Assembly (NCBI GenBank): GCA_031370005.1
Contig: JANMPT010000110.1
Coordinates: forward strand, 96,001 to 160,000
From: Bdellovibrionales bacterium
Lineage (GTDB): Bacteria; Bdellovibrionota; Bdellovibrionia; Bdellovibrionales; Bdellovibrionaceae
DNA length: 64,000 nucleotides
Direction: 5' to 3'
Positions 18,500 through 28,012 of this stretch are shown one piece after another. The notes below the pieces were generated by a model, which had not been told where the DNA came from, made no database searches, and saw only the letters and a list, made by a program, of their open reading frames with translations. How positions within the stretch are numbered: the stretch's first letter is position 1; every line of letters begins with the position of its first letter. A program made the position numbers and the translations under genes.

Positions 18500-18629
18500 A
18501 ATCCTTTCATGGCTTGTCGCTAAACTTGTCATATTTTTGTGTTTTAGAGTCAAAATGCCCCAGTCGCTGTTTCCTTATTCGACCATAGATATTAAACACT
18601 TAGACGCAGCTGCCCAAAGTCCTCATTCG

Positions 18630-18645
18630 TGGCATATTCATTGCT
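18630..18645 (+). promoter_or_regulatory. Sigma54-type promoter
   Basis: TGGCATATTCATTGCT = GG-N10-GC, close to the TGGCAC-N5-TTGCW consensus, 44 nt before ATG 18690. Confidence 0.65.
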
Positions 18646-18689
18646 TCAATTTCTTTCGAATCAGAAAGCTAAACCACGAGGAGAACACG

Positions 18690-19871
18690 ATGAATAAGTA
18701 TTTCTATATCCTTGCGGCTCTCAGTATTGTACCGAGTTTGAGTTTGGCTCAGGCGGGAAACTTTGATGCCGAGGTCGACCAAGAGCTCGACCAGATGTAT
18801 GCAAATAAGCAGGTAGGAGCCGCTGCCACACAGCAGGGGAGCCAGCCTATTTATATAGTAAATCAGACCACGCCAAGTGCGACATCGCAAGCGCAAGCAA
18901 ACATTCAATCAAATCAGGTTCAAAAACAACCTGTAGCCTTGATTGAGTCTACTCCATTGGTTGAGTCTAAAGCGGAGCAGATGAGAAAATCTCGTCAAGA
19001 CGCTGAGGTTCAAACAGAACAGAAGATTGTGGAAAAGCTTGAGGCATCTCGGTTGCAGGACGAGAAAAAACGTGCAGATGTTCTTTTCGGTAACAAATTT
19101 GATCATATGCAAGATCAAGATAAAGTGAGCGAGAACACTCAGCAACAAGCAGCGCCAGTGCAAGCTGCTGCTATCGTACAAGCCCCAGTGGTGACTACAG
19201 TAGAGTCAAAAGAGCCAAAAGAGCCAAAAGAAAATTTCCGTGATGTTGTTCGTGAGGAGCTTAAAAACGCAATGAAAGTAGAAACTCCTGTTGAAGTTGC
19301 TCCAGCAGAAGTAAAATACTTCTCAGCGATCGCTGGTATTGGTGATTATCCTGATGTTAGAAACGTTCGTGGGAACTATGCTTTCGGCGCGGCTTTTGGG
19401 ACTAAATATGACCAGCTCGTAGTCGAGGGTTCGTTCTTGCTATCAAACTATACAGTTGAAAAAGTCGACTGTAATTGTGGAAATCCATATTACCCTACTC
19501 TGGTTGATACGAATCAATATCAAGCAGCTGTATCTGCTAAATACCAATTGATGTCAGGCCTGGTTCGTCCCGTGGTTGGCGCGTTGGCGTCTTATAGCTA
19601 TCGTAAATACAATTGGGCAAACGTAGTGAACGCTTATCCGTATAACAACTATGGAACAAGCAGTGATTCCCATGCGGTTGATTTAGGTATAACAGCGGGT
19701 GTGGATTTGGAACTTAGCAAGAAATTTGCTCTTGGTTTTGAGTATAGATACATGTTCAATCTCTCAAGCCGAGTTGACAATCAGTCGATTGTGACTGGAC
19801 CTCAGTATGGTACGCCGATTGAAAAGTTGAGCTACTATACAATGGCCATTGCAGCAAAGGTGAATTTCTAA
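18690..19871 (+). CDS. Outer-membrane beta-barrel protein with long Q/E-rich, partly coiled-coil N-terminal region
   Basis: GAGGAG SD plus ATG 18690, signal peptide, amphipathic beta strands, C-terminal Phe. Confidence 0.75.
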   Translation: MNKYFYILAALSIVPSLSLAQAGNFDAEVDQELDQMYANKQVGAAATQQGSQPIYIVNQTTPSATSQAQANIQSNQVQKQPVALIESTPLVESKAEQMRKSRQDAEVQTEQKIVEKLEASRLQDEKKRADVLFGNKFDHMQDQDKVSENTQQQAAPVQAAAIVQAPVVTTVESKEPKEPKENFRDVVREELKNAMKVETPVEVAPAEVKYFSAIAGIGDYPDVRNVRGNYAFGAAFGTKYDQLVVEGSFLLSNYTVEKVDCNCGNPYYPTLVDTNQYQAAVSAKYQLMSGLVRPVVGALASYSYRKYNWANVVNAYPYNNYGTSSDSHAVDLGITAGVDLELSKKFALGFEYRYMFNLSSRVDNQSIVTGPQYGTPIEKLSYYTMAIAAKVNF

Positions 19872-19897
19872 TCATTTGTGGTAGATGACAAAGCTTT

Positions 19898-19937
19898 GAA
19901 AGCTCTTATGAGAAATCATAAGAGCTTTCTTTTTTTT
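19898..19937 (+). terminator. Intrinsic terminator
   Basis: GAAAGCTCTTATGA-GAAA-TCATAAGAGCTTTC followed by T8. Confidence 0.9.
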
Positions 19938-19960
19938 GTAGCAAGTGTCATTCTAGGTTT

Positions 19961-20626
19961 ATGAAAAGACTCCTTATTTTGATTCTTGGTATTCTGTCTT
20001 TGGCCGCTGCCCCGGTGGTGGTTTCACAATCTGTTGGTCAGGTCGGTGACCGCATCATCACTAGCCGTGAGGTTCAGATTTCTGCAGTGCTGGCGCGGGC
20101 ACTTTTGCCAACTAAAGAACCAAAACCCAGCGCAGGCCTTTATGAGGTGCATCTCGGAGATTCTGCATTTATGAGCGAAGCCACGGCTTTGTTGTTAGAA
20201 GTGGTTGTGGATAAAGAGGCCGAGAGCTTTTCTGTGGCAAAAATTTCCGACGAGCAATTGCAGCAATCTCTACGTAAAATTGAAAAAATAGTTGATGGCA
20301 AAGCCTATTGGAATTCATTGGAAGTGAGCTCGACGGAGCTTAAGAAATTTGTTTTGCAAAAGCTCACAGCCAAGGCGTTTATTCAATTTAAAACAAACTC
20401 CATGGTGGGAGTAATTAGTGATGCTGAGGCCTTGGCATACTATGAGAAGAACCGTTTGAAGTTCGGCGACTTGCCTTTTTTGTCCTTCAAAGAAAACATC
20501 AAAACCTTCTTGGCGCAACAGCAACTTGAAGAGCGCACACGGGCATGGTTTGAAATTATCAAACGCAAATACAAGGTGCGCAATATCTTAGCTGAGAATA
20601 TCAATAATAAGGTTGGCACAAGGTGA
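19961..20626 (+). CDS. Exported SurA N-domain-like chaperone
   Basis: Signal peptide; VGQVGDRIITSREV, ISD.EA..YYEKN, W...IKRKYKV resemble SurA/PrsA N and C flanks. Confidence 0.55.
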   Translation: MKRLLILILGILSLAAAPVVVSQSVGQVGDRIITSREVQISAVLARALLPTKEPKPSAGLYEVHLGDSAFMSEATALLLEVVVDKEAESFSVAKISDEQLQQSLRKIEKIVDGKAYWNSLEVSSTELKKFVLQKLTAKAFIQFKTNSMVGVISDAEALAYYEKNRLKFGDLPFLSFKENIKTFLAQQQLEERTRAWFEIIKRKYKVRNILAENINNKVGTR

Positions 20627-21066
20627 GCTTTAAGATGCGGCCATTGTTGGCAGATGATGAGGCGCGTGTGTTGCAAGTGGTGGGGGATCTATATCGCCAG
20701 CATCCACACCTTGAGGGGTTTCAGTGGCCCACAGAAACATTGAGGGCAGAGTTTCGAAGCACAAGTAGCTGGGGTCTTTTTCATGGCCAGCGACTTGCGA
20801 GTTTTGTGCTTTATCGAGTGACTGCAGTGGCTTGGGAGCTTTCAGTGGTCGCGAGCCATCCTGAGTATTGGAAACAAGGCTTAGCGCGAAGCATTATTTC
20901 TCATTTAATCGTCATTAAGCCTGCAAACCGTGAGCTTTGGCTTGAGGTTCATAGCGAAAATACAAGGGCTTGGCGACTTTATGAGTCCTTGGGTTTTGTT
21001 AGAACCGGGACCCGAGAGAATTACTATCCCAATAGTGGCACCGCCTGGCTCTATACTCGAAGATAA
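20623..21066 (+). CDS. GNAT acetyltransferase (RimI-like)
   Basis: KQGLAR AcCoA motif; LEVHSEN..A..LYESLGF...G.RENYY. Confidence 0.88.
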   Translation: MSFKMRPLLADDEARVLQVVGDLYRQHPHLEGFQWPTETLRAEFRSTSSWGLFHGQRLASFVLYRVTAVAWELSVVASHPEYWKQGLARSIISHLIVIKPANRELWLEVHSENTRAWRLYESLGFVRTGTRENYYPNSGTAWLYTRR

Positions 21067-21070
21067 ACCC

Positions 21071-21133
21071 TTGCATCGCTTAGCTTTTTTTGTTAGTCTC
21101 GGCCACGAATGGGCCTTGAAGGGCCCATTTTTT
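21071..21133 (+). promoter_or_regulatory. rimP-nusA-infB promoter and leader attenuator hairpin
   Basis: TTGCAT-N17-TAGTCT, then AATGGGCCT-TGAA-GGGCCCATT with a T tail (21108-21133); resembles the widespread rimP leader. Confidence 0.65.
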
Positions 21134-21221
21134 ATTTGTGCGCGAATGACCCAAGTGCGGCGGATGAGTGGCCCGAAAGTGATTGGACTTTAGGATCAAG
21201 ACTTTAGGAATTTAATAAATA

Positions 21222-21773
21222 ATGATCGAATCAAACCCATCGTGGATGGAAAAATTAGAAAAAATGGCGGAAGAGGTCACCTCTCGTGAGGCATGTTATT
21301 TGTACGATATTGAATTTATCGGCACAGGTAAGGGGCGCACTCTTCGTCTGTATATCGACAGAGAAAACTCACAAGCAACTTCTAACTCTGAAGACGGACA
21401 AGGGATTAGCATCACTGATTGCTCAAATGTATCAAAGGCTTTGAATCTTTTATTGGACGTGGAGGATATTATTCCCGGTGAGAGCTACAATCTGGAGGTT
21501 TCTAGCCCCGGCCTAGAACGAGTTCTTCGTAAGGCTTGGCACTTTGAAAAGGTTGTGGGCAAAAAAATTTGGGTAAAGACAAGCAAGTCCTTTGAGTCTT
21601 TCGGTGTGACTGATAAGAAACTAAAGGCGGCGAAGCAGATTGATGAAGTTTTAAAATCCTTTGATGGTGAGACGCTGAGTTTTCAAGTTAAAGATGTACA
21701 GGTAAGGATTCCACTTTCTGCTGTGGAAAAATCAAAAGTGTTATTTGTGTTAAATAAAGGTCATAAAAAATAA
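21222..21773 (+). CDS. rimP: Ribosome maturation factor RimP
   Basis: LRLYID, DCSNVS, YNLEVSSPGLERVL. Confidence 0.95.
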   Translation: MIESNPSWMEKLEKMAEEVTSREACYLYDIEFIGTGKGRTLRLYIDRENSQATSNSEDGQGISITDCSNVSKALNLLLDVEDIIPGESYNLEVSSPGLERVLRKAWHFEKVVGKKIWVKTSKSFESFGVTDKKLKAAKQIDEVLKSFDGETLSFQVKDVQVRIPLSAVEKSKVLFVLNKGHKK

Positions 21774-21791
21774 TTTAGAAGAGGTGTAGTG

Positions 21792-23189
21792 ATGGCTGAC
21801 AACATGTTTACAGATCTCAGTCGCGTGATTGAACAAGTTGGTAAGGATAAAGGTATCGACAAGCAAGTGGTGATAGATGCCGTCACTCAAGGAATGCTAG
21901 TGGCTGCTCGCAAAAAATATGGTACTTATCGTGAGATCGAAGCCACATATAACGAGGAAACTGGTGAAGTTGAGCTGCATCAGTTTAAAGAAGTAGTGCC
22001 GCGTGAAAAATACATCGATGAAGAAGTTGAAATTCCTATGGATGAGGCTTTGAAATTGGATCCACAAGCCCAAGAAGGAGACTCCATCGGCATTAAAATG
22101 GAGGCCGGAGAACTCGGTCGTATTGCAGCTCAAACTGCTAAACAAATCATTATGCAGAAAGTTCGTGATGCTGAACGCTCTATTATTTTTAACGAGTTTG
22201 AAGAAAGAAAAGGCGAAATTGCTTCAGGGATTGCTCGTCGTGTAGAAAAAGGCGCAATTGTTGTCGATCTTGGTCGTACCGAAGCCTACATCCCACCACG
22301 TGAACAAATCCCTGGGGAGTCTTACAAGCCAGGCGATCGTATTCAGGGGTATTTGTCGGAAGTTCGACAAACCACTCGTGGCCCACAAATCATTATGTCC
22401 CGAGCAGATGAGCGTTATTTAATGAAGCTTTTTGAAATGGAAGTTCCAGAAATTTATGATGGTATTGTTGAGATCATGAGTGCGGCACGTGAACCTGGGC
22501 AGCGTGCTAAGATCGCGGTTCGTTCTAAAGACAATTCGGTGGATCCGGTAGGAGCTTGTGTTGGCATGAAGGGCTCTCGAGTACAGAGCATCGTTCAAGA
22601 GCTTCGCGGCGAGAAAATCGATATAGTTCCATGGGATGAAGACGTTACTCGTTTTGCCTGTAATGCTTTAGCCCCAGCTGAAATTTCTCGTGTCTTCGTT
22701 GATGAAGCAAACAAAGAGATGGAAGTTGTTGTTCCTGATTCTCAATTGAGCTTGGCCATCGGTAAGCGTGGGCAAAATGTGCGTTTGGCCGCTAAATTGA
22801 CGACTTGGAAATTGGATATCATTTCTGAATCTTCTGCGTCTTCACGTACTGCGGAGGCGATTTTTAATCTGATGTTGCTGCCAGGAATGAGCCAAACGAT
22901 GGCGCAAAATATTTTTCAATCTGGCTTCGGTTCGTTCCAATCAGTGGCAAATGCTTCAGCTGAGGAAATCATGTCGATTCCAGGCTATGATGACCCCGAA
23001 CGTGCAGAGAAACTGATCAGCGAGGCGAAGGCTTTGATTGTTAAGTATGAAAAAGAAGGCTTGCCTATTCCAACAGCTCCTTTGGCTGTGAAAGAAGTCA
23101 AAGCCTCTGGTTCTGCTAAAGAACAAGCAGACCTTCGTTTGAAGCAAGAGTTACAAAAACTTGATGCTCAAACTGAAGGTAAAGAGTAA
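21792..23189 (+). CDS. nusA: Transcription termination/antitermination factor NusA
   Basis: GRIAAQTAKQ, S1 domain, AREPGQRAKIAV, DPVGACVGMKGSR, SLAIGKRGQNVRLA. Confidence 0.98.
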   Translation: MADNMFTDLSRVIEQVGKDKGIDKQVVIDAVTQGMLVAARKKYGTYREIEATYNEETGEVELHQFKEVVPREKYIDEEVEIPMDEALKLDPQAQEGDSIGIKMEAGELGRIAAQTAKQIIMQKVRDAERSIIFNEFEERKGEIASGIARRVEKGAIVVDLGRTEAYIPPREQIPGESYKPGDRIQGYLSEVRQTTRGPQIIMSRADERYLMKLFEMEVPEIYDGIVEIMSAAREPGQRAKIAVRSKDNSVDPVGACVGMKGSRVQSIVQELRGEKIDIVPWDEDVTRFACNALAPAEISRVFVDEANKEMEVVVPDSQLSLAIGKRGQNVRLAAKLTTWKLDIISESSASSRTAEAIFNLMLLPGMSQTMAQNIFQSGFGSFQSVANASAEEIMSIPGYDDPERAEKLISEAKALIVKYEKEGLPIPTAPLAVKEVKASGSAKEQADLRLKQELQKLDAQTEGKE

Positions 23190-23256
23190 ATACGATGGGC
23201 ATCAGTGCCGGTCTGAGTTTTAAGTAGTTGAGTAGTTAATTATTTTAGGAGAATGC

Positions 23257-26133
23257 GTGAGTAATCCAAAAGTTTTTGAATTTGCCAAGGAAATCGGGCT
23301 TACACCATTGGCCTTGATGGATAAGATTCGTGAGTGGCAGCTTCCAGTAAAGAGCCATATGTCGGAGCTAGAGCCTGAGGTTCTCGATCAAATTAAAGTA
23401 AAACTAAATGGTGGACGAAAATCCACGGAAGCCTCAAAGCCTAAAAAAACGACAACTCGCAAAGCTCCGGCAAAAAAAACAGCTACTCCAGCATCGGTGG
23501 AGTCTCCAGCAGCTGTAGCTGGTGTCCATGCGAAATCAACTGTGGTTCGCCGTAAAGCGACGAAAGAAACTGAAGAAGCAACAGAAACTGTTGAAATTGA
23601 AGCTGCTGAAGAAGTCGTAAAATCGGCGACAAAAACCTCTATTAAAAAAACAACTCCAGCGGTAGAGAAAGAAGAAGTCCCAGGACCAGAAGCTGTGGTG
23701 ATGGCTCCAGCTCCAGAAGCAGTGCCTTCGCCAAAGCTTGTAGCTAAAAAAATAGAAAAAGTTCCTGAGGCACCAGTAGTTGAGCCTGCTCCAGTTGTTG
23801 AAGTGCCGGTCGCTCCACCAGTGGCTGTGGCTCCGGGAGTGGCGCGTAAAAAAGAAGTGACTGTTGGCAGCAGCGGTGTTGCCAGCGCGGCAACAGCAGC
23901 GCCAAGCATTGGTCGTAGAAACATTATTGGCCGTATGGATCTTTCTCGTGTCGCTCAGCAAGTTCCAGCGCGATCTAACGAGCGCAGCGGAACCGGAGAT
24001 CGTCCCGGCGGTTTTAATAGCGGGGTCTCTCGCACGGGCGGTTTTAGTGGTCCAGCGCGTACCACGCAAAGCAGAAATATTCGACCTGGATTTGTTGCTC
24101 AGACACAGCCTGATGTGCCAGTTGAATCTCTTGAAAATCGTCATGGAAAATTTGATGACAAAAGAAAACCTAAGTTCGCTCCGACTCCGGTTGTGGCTGC
24201 AGGTCCTTCAGCAAAAGAGCGTGAGCAAGAAGAGCAAATTTCAAACTTCAATCCTGTAGAATTTCGTAAACGTGAGATGGTATTCCAGCCTAAAAAGAAA
24301 AAAGGCATGTTAGATCGTGCGGGAATGAAAACTCAAATTACCACTCCAAAAGCTTTGAAACGTATTATTAAAGTGAATAACGTTATGAAGCTCAGTGACG
24401 TTGCAATGGAGATGGGTGTTAAAGCTCCTCAGATCATCAAAGTGCTCATGCAAAACGGTGTGGTTGCGAATATGAACACTGCCCTGGATTTTGATACGAT
24501 TGCCTTGGTAGTTCCAGAGTTTGGTTGGGAGGCGCAAAACGTCTTCAAAACTGCTGACGATATGGCCACGGAAACGGCATTTGGAAATTTGGACGCCGCA
24601 ATGGTTCCACGTCCTCCTGTTGTAACTATTATGGGTCATGTCGATCATGGTAAAACAAGTTTGCTAGATGCTATTCGCAAAGCGAATGTGGCCGCAGGGG
24701 AAGCTGGTGGAATCACTCAACACATTGGCGCTTACAGTGTGACCTTGGATGATGGCTCTCTGGTGACATTTCTGGATACTCCAGGCCATGAGGCGTTTAC
24801 AAAAATGCGTGCGCGTGGTGCGAATGCAACAGATATTGCGGTGATCGTAGTGGCTGCAGATGATGGTATGATGCCGCAAACTGCAGAGGCGATAAATCAT
24901 GCTAAAGCTGCAGGAGTCCCAATTATCGTCGCAGTTAATAAGATTGATAAGCCTGGCGCAAATACTGAACGCATAAAACAACAATTAACAGAGTTTGAAA
25001 TTGTTCCGGAAGAATGGGGCGGTACTACAATCTTCGTCGAAGTATCAGCTTTGAAAAAAACTGGAATTAAAGAGCTTCTGGAAAACATCCATCTGGTTGC
25101 TGAACTTCAAGATTTGAGGGCAAACCCTGAGCGCTCAGGAACTGGTCTCGTGATTGAAGCGAAGATGGAAAAAGGCAAAGGGAATGTCGCAACCCTTTTG
25201 GTGAAAGATGGAACTATTAAATTAGGCCAGCACATTGTGGCTGGAAGTATCAAAGGCCGTGTGCGCTCATTAACCAACGATAAAGGGGAGCGTGTTCAAT
25301 CTGCTGGCCCTGGTATTCCAGTGGAGGTTTTAGGCCTTGAAGGCACTCCTTCTGCAGGTGATCGTTTTGATATTGTGAAAGATGAGGAAGTAGCAGCTGA
25401 AGTATCTGAAACCCGTGCTGACCAGGTTAAAAAAGCTGGAATAATTCCAGCATCAAAAATGTCTTTGGAAGATATTTTCTCTAAAGTTACTCGGGGTGAT
25501 GTGAAAGATCTTCCGATTGTTTTGAAAGCAGATGTTCATGGTTCACTGGAGGCTGTCAGTGGTATGATTCAGAAATTAGCAACGGCCGAAGTAAAGACAA
25601 AAATTATTCACTCAGCAGTTGGTGGAATTAGCGAATCTGATGTTTTGCTGGCAAATACCGCTAATGGTATCATTATTGGCTTCAATGTCCGCCCTGATGG
25701 TGGAGCACAAGCCGCTGCAAAGCGTGCGGGTGTTGATATTCGCACCTACTCGATTGTTTACGAATTGGTAGATGATCTTAAAAAGGCAATGTCAGGACTT
25801 CTTACTCCAGATGTGGTGGAAAAGGTTATGGGCCGTGCTGAAGTTCGTAATACATTTACAGTTCCAAAAATCGGAACTATTGGTGGTTGCTTCATAACTG
25901 ACGGGAAAATCCAAAGATCTAATATGGCTCGTTTAATTCGGGATGGTAAGATTGTTTACGAAGGGAAAATCTCATCTTTGAAGCGCTTCAAAGATGACGC
26001 AAAAGAAGTGGCGACTGGCTTTGAGTGCGGTATTGGCATTGAAAACTTCAATGATCTCAAAGTGGGCGACACCATCGAGTCCTTTATTAAAGAAGAAGTG
26101 GCTCGTGAGTTAACTTATGAGGCAAATCCATAA
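23257..26133 (+). CDS. infB: Translation initiation factor IF-2
   Basis: [52 protein letters not shown]. Confidence 0.99.
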   Translation: MSNPKVFEFAKEIGLTPLALMDKIREWQLPVKSHMSELEPEVLDQIKVKLNGGRKSTEASKPKKTTTRKAPAKKTATPASVESPAAVAGVHAKSTVVRRKATKETEEATETVEIEAAEEVVKSATKTSIKKTTPAVEKEEVPGPEAVVMAPAPEAVPSPKLVAKKIEKVPEAPVVEPAPVVEVPVAPPVAVAPGVARKKEVTVGSSGVASAATAAPSIGRRNIIGRMDLSRVAQQVPARSNERSGTGDRPGGFNSGVSRTGGFSGPARTTQSRNIRPGFVAQTQPDVPVESLENRHGKFDDKRKPKFAPTPVVAAGPSAKEREQEEQISNFNPVEFRKREMVFQPKKKKGMLDRAGMKTQITTPKALKRIIKVNNVMKLSDVAMEMGVKAPQIIKVLMQNGVVANMNTALDFDTIALVVPEFGWEAQNVFKTADDMATETAFGNLDAAMVPRPPVVTIMGHVDHGKTSLLDAIRKANVAAGEAGGITQHIGAYSVTLDDGSLVTFLDTPGHEAFTKMRARGANATDIAVIVVAADDGMMPQTAEAINHAKAAGVPIIVAVNKIDKPGANTERIKQQLTEFEIVPEEWGGTTIFVEVSALKKTGIKELLENIHLVAELQDLRANPERSGTGLVIEAKMEKGKGNVATLLVKDGTIKLGQHIVAGSIKGRVRSLTNDKGERVQSAGPGIPVEVLGLEGTPSAGDRFDIVKDEEVAAEVSETRADQVKKAGIIPASKMSLEDIFSKVTRGDVKDLPIVLKADVHGSLEAVSGMIQKLATAEVKTKIIHSAVGGISESDVLLANTANGIIIGFNVRPDGGAQAAAKRAGVDIRTYSIVYELVDDLKKAMSGLLTPDVVEKVMGRAEVRNTFTVPKIGTIGGCFITDGKIQRSNMARLIRDGKIVYEGKISSLKRFKDDAKEVATGFECGIGIENFNDLKVGDTIESFIKEEVARELTYEANP

Positions 26134-26540
26134 TGAAAAAAGAAGGCGATGGCGGACGAAGAGTAGCTCGAGTCGAGCGAGAGGTTCAGCAGACCATTGC
26201 TCATTTTTTGATTTCTGGCTTTAAGTTGCCCTTACCTGGGCTTGTGACCGTTGCCCGGGTACAGATGCCCGGAGATTTACGTACAGCTAAAGTCTATATT
26301 AGTGTAATTGGGGAGACCGCTCAATTGGACAAGACTATAGAGCTACTTCAGGCGCGTGCTTTTGAAATTCAAAACTACCTTGGTAAAGAACTCAAAATGC
26401 GCTATTGCCCTAAATTGTTTTTTTATGCTGATTTTGATACTGAGCAAATTTTGAAGGTTGATAGAATTCTGCAGGAGCTCGAGACCGAGCGAAATAATGT
26501 TGAAAAATCCCCAGCTGACTCTAATAAAGAAAACTCATGA
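26133..26540 (+). CDS. rbfA: Ribosome-binding factor A
   Basis: RRVARVE..DLRTAKVYIS..LKMRYCPKL.F; position after infB. Confidence 0.93.
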   Translation: MKKEGDGGRRVARVEREVQQTIAHFLISGFKLPLPGLVTVARVQMPGDLRTAKVYISVIGETAQLDKTIELLQARAFEIQNYLGKELKMRYCPKLFFYADFDTEQILKVDRILQELETERNNVEKSPADSNKENS

Positions 26541-27448
26541 GTTCATTTCATGGTTTAGTACTGGTAAGAAAACCTACGGGTTTGACCAGTCATGATGTTG
26601 TTGCGCGCCTTCGTCGCATTCTTGGCACCAAATCTGTAGGTCATGCGGGCACTTTGGATCCACTTGCGGAAGGCTTGATGGTGGCTCTTGTAAATGAGGC
26701 GACAAAGCTCAGCCAATATATTCTCGAGGGCGACAAGGCTTACCGCCTAAGGGCTCGGTTGGGTGTTGAAACAGATACTCTCGATATCACGGGGAAGACT
26801 TTAAAAACAAGTCCGGTGAGTGTGACTGAAGAGCGGGTACAGGAAGCGGCCCTGCATCTTCAAGGGGTGATGAGTCTAAAGGTTCCTCTTTATTCAGCGA
26901 TTAAAATCAATGGCCAGAAACTCTATGATTATGCTCGTAAAGAACAAGAAATTCAGGTTCCTCACAAGGATATGAACTTTTGGGACATCGAATTTTTAGG
27001 CTTTGACGGCGTTGATGCCGAGTTTCGATTTCGTTGCTCTAAGGGCAGCTACGTTCGTTCTTGGATTGAACTTTTGGGCTTAAAATTAGGTTGTGGGGCG
27101 ACAATGTGTGCCCTGACTCGGACATGGTCAGATCCCTATGATTTAGAACAGTCGATCCGTCTTGAAGACTTTGAGGCAGATGTCAAAGCTGGGAAGCAAA
27201 TTTCGGCCATGATACCCCTTGAGATGGCTTTGCCATCTGTTAAAAAAGTCAGGGTGAAAGGCCATGATCAGATTCTTTTAGGCAATGGTCAGATCAGTCA
27301 TGACCTTAGATCTCTTCTTATTACCCAATTTGATCCCCAAAAAGATAATATTATTCAGGTTTTGTCGCTATCATCGGGGAAATTATTGGCACTTGTAGGT
27401 ACCGAAAAAGACCGAGGTTTTGTCATTAAAAGAGTTATAAAGTATTGA
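26537..27448 (+). CDS. truB: tRNA pseudouridine(55) synthase TruB
   Basis: KPTGLTSHDVV, GHAGTLDPLAEG, CSKGSYVRS. Confidence 0.97.
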   Translation: MSSFHGLVLVRKPTGLTSHDVVARLRRILGTKSVGHAGTLDPLAEGLMVALVNEATKLSQYILEGDKAYRLRARLGVETDTLDITGKTLKTSPVSVTEERVQEAALHLQGVMSLKVPLYSAIKINGQKLYDYARKEQEIQVPHKDMNFWDIEFLGFDGVDAEFRFRCSKGSYVRSWIELLGLKLGCGATMCALTRTWSDPYDLEQSIRLEDFEADVKAGKQISAMIPLEMALPSVKKVRVKGHDQILLGNGQISHDLRSLLITQFDPQKDNIIQVLSLSSGKLLALVGTEKDRGFVIKRVIKY

Positions 27449-27593
27449 CCACCCTTGCTCTTCATGGGAAAACCTAACTTCCAAAAATACTGGCCGGGCG
27501 ACAGCCATGACGCTCATTTGCCGGCAAACAAGTTCTTGGAACTTGTCTAACAGAAGAAATCTTTTTAGATTTTTTCAGATAAAGGAGACTTTA

Positions 27594-27863
27594 ATGGCAG
27601 TCGCAAAAGAGATAAAAGCTCAAATTGTTAAAAAATTCAAACGTTCGGATTTGGACACGGGCTCTTCTGAAGTTCAAATTGCACTTCTAACATCAAAAAT
27701 TAATGAACTTACAGGGCATTTTGCAATTCACAAGAAAGACCATCATGGCCGACGTGGGTTGGTCACTGCGGTTAATCAAAGAAGAAAACTCCTCGATTAT
27801 GTCCGACGTATAGATGTTAAAAAGTACGAAGGATTGCTGAAGCAATTAGACATCCGTAAATAA
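27594..27863 (+). CDS. rpsO: 30S ribosomal protein S15
   Basis: DTGSSEVQIALLT..HKKDHHGRRGL..RRKLLDY; AAGGAG SD before ATG 27594. Confidence 0.97.
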   Translation: MAVAKEIKAQIVKKFKRSDLDTGSSEVQIALLTSKINELTGHFAIHKKDHHGRRGLVTAVNQRRKLLDYVRRIDVKKYEGLLKQLDIRK

Positions 27864-27871
27864 GCAATAAA

Positions 27872-27896
27872 AAAGGCTCGGAAACTCCGGGCCTTT
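27872..27896 (+). terminator. Terminator hairpin between rpsO and pnp
   Basis: AAAGGCTCGGA-AAC-TCCGGGCCTTT. Confidence 0.7.
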
Positions 27897-28012
27897 GTTG
27901 CTTTTTGACCAGGAAGTTCTAGAATTTTTTCAAGAATTGATTCAAAAACATATGGCCACAAAGGCCCATGCCGCCAAAAAGAAAAAGGCGGAATATTACT
28001 AAAGGAGATTTA

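Noticed and set aside
19207..19233. AAAGAGCCA tandem repeat
   Set aside because: Short in-frame KEP coding duplication in a linker; no sign of a separate function.
23388..24259. Long alternative-frame and antisense ORFs inside infB
   Set aside because: By-products of the low-complexity Ala/Pro/Val/Glu IF-2 linker; no SD or recognisable domain.
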